Assembly: GCA_003345595.1 (NCBI GenBank)
Contig: PRDI01000007.1
Location: 1 to 43,130, forward strand
Length of the DNA stretch: 43,130 bases
DNA from: Candidatus Thorarchaeota archaeon
GTDB lineage: Archaea; Asgardarchaeota; Thorarchaeia; Thorarchaeales; Thorarchaeaceae
Reading direction: 5' to 3'
The notes below the pieces were generated by a model. The model was given only the letters and a program-made list of their open reading frames with translations, was not told the DNA's origin and searched no databases. Positions 35,572 to 43,130 of the stretch are shown piece by piece. Position 1 is the first letter of the stretch, and each line of letters starts with the position of its first letter. Both the position numbers and the translations under genes were made by a program.

Positions 35572-35832
35572 CTAGTCCTCATCCACCGCTAGGAATTCGC
35601 TACCTTCTGCAATCATCTCGATACGTCGTCTGGTCTTTGTTATCTGACTGACATGAATGATGCCATTGATCTCAAGCTGCATCAGGGCCGAGTTCAGTTC
35701 AGCCTCGCTCGGTTCACCACCAAGTTCCTTCTTCAGTGCGCGCAGAAGTTCGTCATCCAATGCCACACCGTGGCGCTTTTTCAGAATATTGACTACAAGG
35801 TTCCTGAGCGGCACAGCACTCCAAGTTGACAT
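35572..35832 (-). CDS. Small winged-helix protein downstream of cdc48
   Basis: PLRNLVVNILKK..DDELLRAL..SEAELNSALMQLEINGIIHV..RRRI. Alternative start 35850. Confidence 0.78.
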   Translation of the reverse strand: MSTWSAVPLRNLVVNILKKRHGVALDDELLRALKKELGGEPSEAELNSALMQLEINGIIHVSQITKTRRRIEMIAEGSEFLAVDED

Positions 35833-35853
35833 CTCTTCAGCACACTCCACTCT

Positions 35854-38046
35854 TCATATGTATCCCGGAGGTCCAACCGAAACAACCGTGGTCCTACGCA
35901 GTTCCTGGTTCAGCTTCTGGAAGCGTTCGAGGTCTTCGGCTCTGACCGATGGATGAATCGACTTCAACGCGTCTTCGAAATGCCTCCAGGACACCTTCTC
36001 CGCCTGCATGTTCTCTCTGAGTGCACGCATCCCTGCCTCCCTGCAGAGAGCCTCTATGTCACCTCCGACGAAGTACGGAGTAGCTTGGACAAGCTTCTGG
36101 ATGTCGACATCCGAATCGAGGGGCATGTTGGCCATGTAGATTCGGAAAATCTCCTCGCGGCTCTTTTCATCGGGCGCACCGATGTAGACGAACCTGTCGA
36201 ATCGACCTGTGCGGAGTAGAGCAGGATCAATCAGGTCTGGTCTGTTGGTTGCGGCCAGTACAAGTATGTCCTTCGTGGTTTCAAGGCCGTCCATTTCGGT
36301 CAGCAACTGGCTGATGACTCTCTCAGTCACGTGACTGTCGCCTGCGGTCCGGCCTCTGGTCGGAGCAAGAGCATCAATCTCGTCGAAGAATATGATGGCA
36401 GGAGCCGCAGTCCTCGCCTTCCGGAAGACCTCACGGATCGCCTTCTCGCTCTCACCGACCCACTTTGACAAGAGCTCCGGTCCCTTCACGCTGATGAAGT
36501 TCGCTTCGCTCTCGGTGGCGACAGCCCTAGCAAGAAGAGTCTTTCCGCAACCTGGGGGCCCAAAGATCAGGACTCCCTTGGGTGGAGTTATGCCTATCCG
36601 GCGAAACGCTTCCGGTTTCTTGAGCGGCCACTCGACAACCTCTATGAGCTCTTGTTTCTCATTCGTCAGCCCGCCTATCTGCTCCCATCTGACATTTGGT
36701 ATCTCCACAAAAACCTCTCTGACTGCGGATGGCTGCACCTCCCTGAGTGCCCCGAGGAAGTCCTCTGCATTCACTTCTAGTTTGTCCAGAACCTCTTGAG
36801 GGATCTCTTCCTCCTCAAGGTTGATCTGGGGCAGATACCTTCTCAATGCCTTCATTGCAGCCTCTCTGCACAATGCCTGGAGGTCTGCACCAACGAAGCC
36901 ATGGGTGACTTTGGCAAGATACTGCAGGTCGACTATGTTTTCTCCTTCGGTTGTCAGCGGCATGCCTCTGGAGTGGATATGAAGAACCTCCAATCTGCCT
37001 GCTTCGTCGGGGACACCAATCTCAATCTCGCGATCAAACCGTCCTGGCCGTCTGAGAGCAGGATCGAGTGCGTTCAGCCTGTTAGTGGCTCCAATCACAA
37101 CGACCTGTCCTCTTGATTTGAGGCCATCCATCGTAGCAAGAAGCTGGGCAACCACACGTCGCTCGACCTCTCCTTGGACATCTTCACGCTTAGGTGCTAT
37201 CGCATCTAGCTCGTCAATGAATATGATGCTCGGGGCATTCTCTTCAGCATCCTCGAATATCTTCCGAAGCTTCTGCTCGGACTCGCCGTAGAACTTCGAC
37301 ATGATCTCTGGGCCGTTAATATGAGTGAAGTTAGCCTCCGACTCGCTTGCCACCGCCTTGGCTAGGAGAGTCTTCCCTGTGCCAGGTGGTCCATGGAGTA
37401 TCAGTCCCCGCGGGGGGTCAATCCCGAGCCGCTTGAAGATCTCTGGATGGCGCATCGGCAGTTCTACCATCTCACGAATTCTCTGAATTGGCTCTGACAG
37501 CCCTCCAATCTCCTCGTATGTGACCTGAGAGGCACCGATAGTTTCGCCAGTGGGCTTCTCTGCTATCACTAGTATGGTCGAGTGCTGTACCACTACTGTT
37601 CCCACGGGCTTGATTGCAGTAACCTTGAATGGTATCGCTCGTCCGAGGATGGGGATGAAGACAGTATCTTGAACCGTGACCGGGCAGTTCAGAAGCTTCC
37701 TTTTCACGAATTCCTCGAATCTCGGTTCCGGACGGATTGGCACTGACGTTGGGGCCAATGTGACATTTCTGGCTGGCTCTTCATTCGCCTTCACAACAGT
37801 GACCTTCTCACTGAGGCTGACGCCAGCGTTTCTTCTTATCCTGCCATCCATCCGAATGATCTCACGGCCCTTGTCTCCCTGATAGGCGGGCCATGCTATG
37901 GCTGCAGTGGCTCTCTTTCCTTTGATCTCAATGATGTCTCCGGTCCTGACGCCGAGCTTCTCCATTGACACGGTGTCGATTCTCACTATGAACCTGCCTA
38001 TGTCTCTGTGCTCAGCTTCGGCCACCTTGAGTATGATTTCGACCAC
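35854..38046 (-). CDS. cdc48: Cdc48/p97 AAA+ ATPase
   Basis: N domain, D1 [26 protein letters not shown]2 [23 protein letters not shown]. Confidence 0.98.
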   Translation of the reverse strand: MVEIILKVAEAEHRDIGRFIVRIDTVSMEKLGVRTGDIIEIKGKRATAAIAWPAYQGDKGREIIRMDGRIRRNAGVSLSEKVTVVKANEEPARNVTLAPTSVPIRPEPRFEEFVKRKLLNCPVTVQDTVFIPILGRAIPFKVTAIKPVGTVVVQHSTILVIAEKPTGETIGASQVTYEEIGGLSEPIQRIREMVELPMRHPEIFKRLGIDPPRGLILHGPPGTGKTLLAKAVASESEANFTHINGPEIMSKFYGESEQKLRKIFEDAEENAPSIIFIDELDAIAPKREDVQGEVERRVVAQLLATMDGLKSRGQVVVIGATNRLNALDPALRRPGRFDREIEIGVPDEAGRLEVLHIHSRGMPLTTEGENIVDLQYLAKVTHGFVGADLQALCREAAMKALRRYLPQINLEEEEIPQEVLDKLEVNAEDFLGALREVQPSAVREVFVEIPNVRWEQIGGLTNEKQELIEVVEWPLKKPEAFRRIGITPPKGVLIFGPPGCGKTLLARAVATESEANFISVKGPELLSKWVGESEKAIREVFRKARTAAPAIIFFDEIDALAPTRGRTAGDSHVTERVISQLLTEMDGLETTKDILVLAATNRPDLIDPALLRTGRFDRFVYIGAPDEKSREEIFRIYMANMPLDSDVDIQKLVQATPYFVGGDIEALCREAGMRALRENMQAEKVSWRHFEDALKSIHPSVRAEDLERFQKLNQELRRTTVVSVGPPGYI

Positions 38047-38152
38047 TGCCTAAACACATCCTCCAAATTGGAAGTCCCATGGTTCAGAAACCGTAACGCC
38101 CCGCTTCTGCGTCGTCAGACGCCCTGTTTCACATCCTTTCGGTTTCCGCTCT

Positions 38153-38180
38153 TGAGCATTTCTCTAGCTACAAATGCTCA
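38153..38180. promoter_or_regulatory. Perfect 9-bp inverted repeat upstream of cdc48
   Basis: TGAGCATTT-N10-AAATGCTCA, downstream of a minus-strand TATA-like TTTATATT (38231-38224). Confidence 0.5.
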
Positions 38181-38259
38181 CCTACAAACATATGGCGTTC
38201 TCACTCGCCCCGACAGCAATCCGAATATAAACTCTCACTTGAAGAGATGCTTGCTTCCA

Positions 38260-38526
38260 TCACACTCTGGAAACCATCTCGACCTCGACCTGCGCAACCC
38301 CTTTCAGAGAGCTTATCGCCGCCTCTATGTCGTCAGTTCCTCCGAGTGCCTCATCTCTTGCGACATTCATCCTAAGCGCCTTCAGGCCGAACGCCACTGG
38401 GATGATCTCTGTGGCTCTGACATCAGTCCCCTTTGGAATAGCCTTCTTGATTCGCTTGAGAAGACTATCAAGGTTGACATCAATATCCTCTGGCATGATT
38501 TTCAGTGTGACTATGACTCTCGCCAT
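38260..38526 (-). CDS. ef1b: Translation elongation factor 1-beta
   Basis: MARVIVTLKIMPED, PVAFGLKAL, GGTDDIE, GVAQVEV. Confidence 0.95.
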   Translation of the reverse strand: MARVIVTLKIMPEDIDVNLDSLLKRIKKAIPKGTDVRATEIIPVAFGLKALRMNVARDEALGGTDDIEAAISSLKGVAQVEVEMVSRV

Positions 38527-38544
38527 CCTGTATCGCCCCCCACT

Positions 38545-38712
38545 CTAAGGTCCGTCAAACCCACAACTGGGGCACTTGTATCTGTTTGAGAAACGTCTGC
38601 ATGATTCGCAACGCCAGATTGTGAATTCGCCGCAGGATGGACACTGGAACTTGACGCAGTTCTCTCTTGGAGAGATAGAGCTGTGACACGAAGTACATCT
38701 GATTGCTTTCAT
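38545..38712 (-). CDS. Small double zinc-ribbon protein (DUF1610/HVO_2753-like)
   Basis: [31 protein letters not shown]. Lies directly upstream of EF-1beta, as is usual in archaea. Confidence 0.9.
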   Translation of the reverse strand: MKAIRCTSCHSSISPRENCVKFQCPSCGEFTIWRCESCRRFSNRYKCPSCGFDGP

Positions 38713-38905
38713 GACGGCCAAGACTATCACCAAAGAATCTCAGAAGGTGCTGGTCTTTGGGGCCCATCGGGGGACTTTTTATAAATCTACCGAACTAGAG
38801 CTGTCGTTGATTACCCTACGATGCTGGATGTATAGTCTTGGGTTGGCCAAGCCATATATGGACTGCCTGACGTAGACATTTCAGAGCGATGCTGGGGATG
38901 ATCTC

Positions 38906-39940
38906 TTGGGAACAAAGCTCGGCGACATAGTGAAGGCAGAAGCAATCTCGCTGGGCCAGCTGAAAGGGCGAGCGATTGCTGTAGATGCCTACAACACTCT
39001 CTATGCTTTCTTGTCGACCATACGCCAACCCGACGGGACTCCACTGATGGATAAGAAAGGCCGCGTGACGAGTCATCTCAGTGGACTGTTCTACAGAAAT
39101 CTGAATCTGCTAGAGGCTGGCGTGCGTCCCGTCTATGTCTTTGATGGCACTCCTCCAGTGCTCAAGGCCGATGAGATCCAGCGCCGACGGACTCAGCGGG
39201 ATGCAGCATTCAAGGCTTGGGAGATAGCCAGAGAAGAAGGCAGGATCGAAGATGCCCGACGAGCGGCTCAGGCAAGCTCACGTCTCACATCGGAGATGGT
39301 TGAGGAAGGCAAGAAGGTGATTTCGGCATTGGGGATTCCCATCGTTCAGGCGCCGTCAGAGGGTGAGGCTGCTGCCGCGAAGATGGCGCGGGAAGGGCTT
39401 GTGTGGGCCAGCGCGAGTCAAGACAACGACTCGCTCCTCTATAACTGTCCTCGAATGATACGCAACCTAACGATTAGCGGCAGGCGTCGTGTGGCGCGTT
39501 CAAGGTCGTACAAGACCATTGAGCCTGAGCTGATAGACCTAGACCTCAACTTGAAGTACCTAGGTGTTACAAGGGAGCAGCTAATCGACATAGCTATCTT
39601 GGTGGGGACTGACTACAATGCCGGAGTGAAGGGTATAGGTCAAAAAACTGCTCTGAAACTGGTCCTGAAGCATGGCTCACTGGAGGGCATAATAGCTCAG
39701 ACTGATACAATCCTTGACTTCCCGTTTCAAGAGATTCGCAGCATCTTCTTGAACCCACCTGCGGTAGACCTTAAGCCCCTGAAGTGGTCCGCCTTAGATC
39801 CGGATCTGCTGACTCGGGTTCTGTGCGATGAGCATGACTTCAGTATGGAGAGGGTCCAGACATCAATCAAGAAGCTTCAGGAACACCTGGAAGAAACTCT
39901 CGGTTCGACAGAGCAGAGTGCGTTGACTGACTTCCTGTGA
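38906..39940 (+). CDS. fen1: Flap endonuclease 1
   Basis: AVDAYN, IRQPDGTPL..GRVTSHLSGLFYR, VFDG, APSEGEA, SQDNDSLL, ILVGTDY, C-terminal PIP box QSALTDFL. Confidence 0.97.
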   Translation: MGTKLGDIVKAEAISLGQLKGRAIAVDAYNTLYAFLSTIRQPDGTPLMDKKGRVTSHLSGLFYRNLNLLEAGVRPVYVFDGTPPVLKADEIQRRRTQRDAAFKAWEIAREEGRIEDARRAAQASSRLTSEMVEEGKKVISALGIPIVQAPSEGEAAAAKMAREGLVWASASQDNDSLLYNCPRMIRNLTISGRRRVARSRSYKTIEPELIDLDLNLKYLGVTREQLIDIAILVGTDYNAGVKGIGQKTALKLVLKHGSLEGIIAQTDTILDFPFQEIRSIFLNPPAVDLKPLKWSALDPDLLTRVLCDEHDFSMERVQTSIKKLQEHLEETLGSTEQSALTDFL

Positions 39941-40040
39941 TTGTCAGGTCTTGAAACCGAGCATGGGTTTGGTTGATAGTCGATTCCGAGAATGATAAAT
40001 ACCGACCTGTGCATCAAAAGATGCGGAAAGGGACCCACGA

Positions 40041-40730
40041 ATGCGTGACCGAATGACTGCAGTCCGTGCATCTGTCGCTGACATAGTGAACGGCGAGTAC
40101 ACGGAAGACGAGGGGGCTAAGGTGCTGTCTCCCTTCGGTGTTGAACTGAGACGCGTGGTGCTGGTCGGTCTAGTGGTCAACAGGTACTCGGGGCAGGGCT
40201 TTTCCAGTATCACCATAGATGATGGATCTCAGACGATTCGGGTAAAGGCTTGGCGAGAAGATGCCAGTTCTCTCGAGAAAATCAGCTCCGGTTCGCTTGT
40301 TCTTGTTGTTGGAAAGATACGGAAGTACAATGAAGAGATACACATAGCACCTGAGATTGTTCGTGAGATGAACGACCCAAACTTCATGACTCTTCACACA
40401 CTCGAACGTCTTAGGGGTGTCATGACTCTAAGCGGAGTGTCAACTCCCGAGAGTTCTAGCCTTGAGGACGAGGAAACGGGCGCGGTCATCTCGGTGCAGA
40501 AGGAGCCAAGTGCTGTTGAAGATTCAACATCGGGGCTAAAGCTCAAACACATTCTGCAGTACATCCAGCAGAATGCGCGTCCTGATGGGGTGCCAATCGA
40601 AGACATTGTGGCATTCTTTGGGGCAAGAGGTCATGCAAAGACTGACATTCAGCTCAAGGTAATTGACCTTCAGGGTGAAGAGAAAATCAGGGAGGTCAAG
40701 GCAGGGCGCTACGTTCTGACCGAGCTGTAA
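40041..40730 (+). CDS. RPA2/RPA32-like ssDNA-binding protein (OB fold, acidic linker, C-terminal wHTH)
   Basis: RRVVLVGLVV, IDDGSQTIRVKAW, VVGKIR, PEIVR..DPNF..LHTLE, tail ILQYIQ..GVPIEDI..KIREVKAGRY. Confidence 0.83.
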   Translation: MRDRMTAVRASVADIVNGEYTEDEGAKVLSPFGVELRRVVLVGLVVNRYSGQGFSSITIDDGSQTIRVKAWREDASSLEKISSGSLVLVVGKIRKYNEEIHIAPEIVREMNDPNFMTLHTLERLRGVMTLSGVSTPESSSLEDEETGAVISVQKEPSAVEDSTSGLKLKHILQYIQQNARPDGVPIEDIVAFFGARGHAKTDIQLKVIDLQGEEKIREVKAGRYVLTEL

Positions 40731-40802
40731 TCAGTATCACGTTCTGACTGCCTTGCCCTACAGGCACACTGCCGGAGCAGAAGCTTCAATAGTGCAGGCA
40801 AC

Positions 40803-41228
40803 TTGCCCTCAAGCATGGACAACTACGAGAAGATGCTCCAGAGAGCAAGGTCTCAAGTTCCCGCTGATGCATTCAAGAGATCCGGCGAGCGATTTCAAGT
40901 GCCCAAAGCTCAGCTTATGATTCAAGGCAATAGAAGCCTCTGGCAGAACTTCCACGAGATTGTCGGTGTTGTAAACCGGCCGGGAAAGGAGGTCCTCAAA
41001 TACATTTCAGGACAGCTTGCTACGGCAGGGACTTTCGAGGGCAGTAATGCGGTCTTCCAGGGCAAATTCACTTCTGATGCAGTTGATGATGTGTTGGCAC
41101 ACTACATAGAATACTATGTCATATGTCCTGTCTGCGGGCGTCCTGATACGGCTGAGATCAAAGACGAGAATGCATATTGGCTTCAATGCTCAGCGTGTGG
41201 CGCACGAACATCAATACGACCTGTCTGA
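40803..41228 (+). CDS. eif2b: Translation initiation factor 2 beta subunit
   Basis: YEKMLQRA, ERFQVP, NFHEI..VNR, LATAG, YVICPVCGRPDT, CSACGA. Alternative start ATG 40815. Confidence 0.95.
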   Translation: MPSSMDNYEKMLQRARSQVPADAFKRSGERFQVPKAQLMIQGNRSLWQNFHEIVGVVNRPGKEVLKYISGQLATAGTFEGSNAVFQGKFTSDAVDDVLAHYIEYYVICPVCGRPDTAEIKDENAYWLQCSACGARTSIRPV

Positions 41229-41472
41229 GTCCCGTGTGCCATAGACTGCTTGTCCTTCCCTAGACTCAGATGGCCAATCCAAGCTGCAATACAACGTGTT
41301 TCATTGCCGGTACGATTCCTGTCGCCACATAATCCTTTATAGCCCACAAGGGGTACTGAAGACTACTGATGCTCTCAGAATCACAATTGACAAAGAAACT
41401 CGACGTCCACTTGCGAATTCCGACGGCGGCCGCGCGAATCGTTTCACCGGTCTTGCTCTAGGAGGTAATTGG

Positions 41473-41772
41473 TTGGTTTCCGTGTATATGCGGGTGCGAG
41501 AAACACTCGAACACTACCTCGTGGCCATATGTGATGAGGCTCTGCTTGGTCAGACTCTGGTCCAAGGCAAGATTCGTTTTAAGGTCAGTGAGGAGTTCTA
41601 CGGCGGTGAACTCATCGACATGGAAAAGTGTCTTGAGCACCTGAAGAGAGCGACAATCGTGAATATGATTGGAAACAATACTGTCAAGGCCGCAATCGAA
41701 GCCGGGATTGTCCACAAAGGGGCTGTGTTGTACATCGACGGTCATCCACACGCGCAGTGGGTCAAACTTTGA
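41473..41772 (+). CDS. DUF424 family protein
   Basis: LVAICDEALLG, VSEEFYGG, ATIVNMIG, IDGHPHAQ. GGAGGT at 41461 precedes TTG 41473. Confidence 0.88.
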   Translation: MVSVYMRVRETLEHYLVAICDEALLGQTLVQGKIRFKVSEEFYGGELIDMEKCLEHLKRATIVNMIGNNTVKAAIEAGIVHKGAVLYIDGHPHAQWVKL

Positions 41773-41905
41773 TAGGTTTGTCATTCTATGATAAGCCTTT
41801 CAGCCTAACACGAGATGCCTTTCTCTATCCAAACATGGAACCTAGCTGTCCGCCTGATACGTCCACGTTTTAAGCAGAAGAAATGATGAACCGCTGGCGA
41901 TTGCC

Positions 41906-43006
41906 TTGAATGCACCATGTTATCTCTGTGGCAAAGATGCCGTGCTAGATGGCCTGTGCGCCGAATGCTACAACAGAGAGCATCCCCTCATACGCGTTTC
42001 GTCCCCACTAGAGATAATTGCCTGTAAGCGATGCGGTTCCGTCAAAATCCCCGGTGGATGGAGGACGATACCACTCTCGTCCTCCGAGTCAGACGAGCTA
42101 ATGCTCAGACAGATAGACAACCTACTGTCGCGTGAGGTTGAACGTCTCACAGATGACGTGGAAATCACCTATAACGTCGAGAACAGGCTCGACAGGGTCC
42201 TGTACATCAGGGTCAAAGCCGCAGGGAGGTCTCATACATCTCTAGAGCCTCATACTGAGGAATATCCAGTAGAGGTGCGCTTAAGCTACGTGACATGTGA
42301 TACCTGTGGCATGATGAGCGGCGGTTATCACGAGGCCATTCTCCAAATCAGGGCGGACGGCCGCGAAGTCACTGACGTGGAGGAAGAGGAGATCCTTTCC
42401 ATTGTCACCCAAATCGCAGAGAAGGAGTATGGAAAGGATGCCAAAGCTTTCGCAACCGAAAGCAAGCGGACTAAGATCGGCTTTGACTTCAAGATGGGCT
42501 CTGATCATATGGCTCGGCTCGTAGCGGACGAATTGCAGTCTAGATACCTTGCTGATAGGAAAGAGAACTACAAGCTGATCGGGCAAGAGCATGGAGGGAA
42601 GGGAAAGTATCGCGTGACAATACTCATAAGACTGCCGCGATGGGTCGCAGGTGATTTTGTGAGGGTCGCAGGCAGGCCATGCCAAGTGATATCAATCAAC
42701 CGGAACGGAATGACCTGTCAAGACCTGACCGATGGTCAGAAATCCACAATAAACCCCAAGAGCTCGAAGTGGCGCACATTGGAGTTCTTGGCGTCCCAGT
42801 CTGTTAAACGGGAGTACATGGTTCTATCCCGAGGGTACGGGCAGTCTGTTCAGCTAATGGATGCAAAGACATTCACAACGGTAGACGTTGTGGAGACCCC
42901 GCTGAGTTCGGAGTGGCGCTCCGGAAGCAGAGTGTTTCTGGCTGAGATCGATGGTGTTCTTTACCCCTTGCCCGAATCTGCTGCCCTTGAATCTGATGCC
43001 GTGTAG
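41906..43006 (+). CDS. nmd3: NMD3-family ribosome biogenesis protein
   Basis: CYLCG..LCAEC, CKRCG, CDTCG..GGYHEAILQIR, KLIG..GKGKYRVTILIRLP, C-terminal SH3/OB-like region with QLMD. Confidence 0.92.
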   Translation: MNAPCYLCGKDAVLDGLCAECYNREHPLIRVSSPLEIIACKRCGSVKIPGGWRTIPLSSSESDELMLRQIDNLLSREVERLTDDVEITYNVENRLDRVLYIRVKAAGRSHTSLEPHTEEYPVEVRLSYVTCDTCGMMSGGYHEAILQIRADGREVTDVEEEEILSIVTQIAEKEYGKDAKAFATESKRTKIGFDFKMGSDHMARLVADELQSRYLADRKENYKLIGQEHGGKGKYRVTILIRLPRWVAGDFVRVAGRPCQVISINRNGMTCQDLTDGQKSTINPKSSKWRTLEFLASQSVKREYMVLSRGYGQSVQLMDAKTFTTVDVVETPLSSEWRSGSRVFLAEIDGVLYPLPESAALESDAV

Positions 43007-43130
43007 AACTGATGGCCGTTTTCGTCGTGGGAAATCTCTTCGCACGAGTATGACAGAAGCAACTCGACCAAGCTCAGTGCGAGGCCTTGGCTGTCAAAGA
43101 TGGATTGAATGGCTTTGCGTCGCTACGCTT

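Noticed and set aside
38008-38589. 193-aa plus-strand ORF
   Set aside because: Antisense to EF-1beta and the cdc48 leader, with no recognisable domain.
41296-41472. N-terminal extension of the DUF424 ORF
   Set aside because: A strong GGAGGT before TTG 41473 and the family length of about 100 aa indicate the later start.
1-43130. CRISPR arrays, tRNA/rRNA genes, selenoprotein UGA readthrough or SECIS elements
   Set aside because: By eye I saw no spaced direct repeats, cloverleafs or genes broken by an in-frame TGA at a Cys position. tRNAscan-SE and SECIS searches would be needed to exclude them formally.

Overview
A gene-dense archaeal core-genome segment, probably from an Asgard archaeon (Thorarchaeia-like). 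The assignment is an inference from a roadblock-MglA GTPase-roadblock module, an RPA32-like OB+wHTH protein, eL33, NMD3, aIF2-beta and Hef. About 40 CDSs cover translation and ribosome biogenesis (rpl35ae, rpl10e, dys, trmJ, DRG GTPase, TrmY-like, srp54, EF-1beta, aIF2-beta, NMD3), DNA repair and replication (UDG, Hef, FEN1, RPA2), energy metabolism (split A/V-ATPase F-A...B, ADP-forming acyl-CoA synthetase, DeoC, AOR), envelope synthesis (UppS, GlmU, a GT-C glycosyltransferase) and Cdc48. I found no tRNA, rRNA, CRISPR array or mobile element. The most notable unexplained signals are: (1) an unannotated box C/D guide RNA after rpl35ae whose guide matches LSU rRNA helix 69; (2) a 416-aa orphan made of four tandem AAA-lid/histone-fold-like repeats with no ATPase domain; (3) a duplicated VirB2/Ced-pilin-like hairpin protein lying with UDG between atpA and atpB; (4) DeoC with a four-Cys tail encoded directly upstream of AOR; (5) phased and palindromic operator-like sites. 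All calls rest on manual motif recognition; no searches were run.
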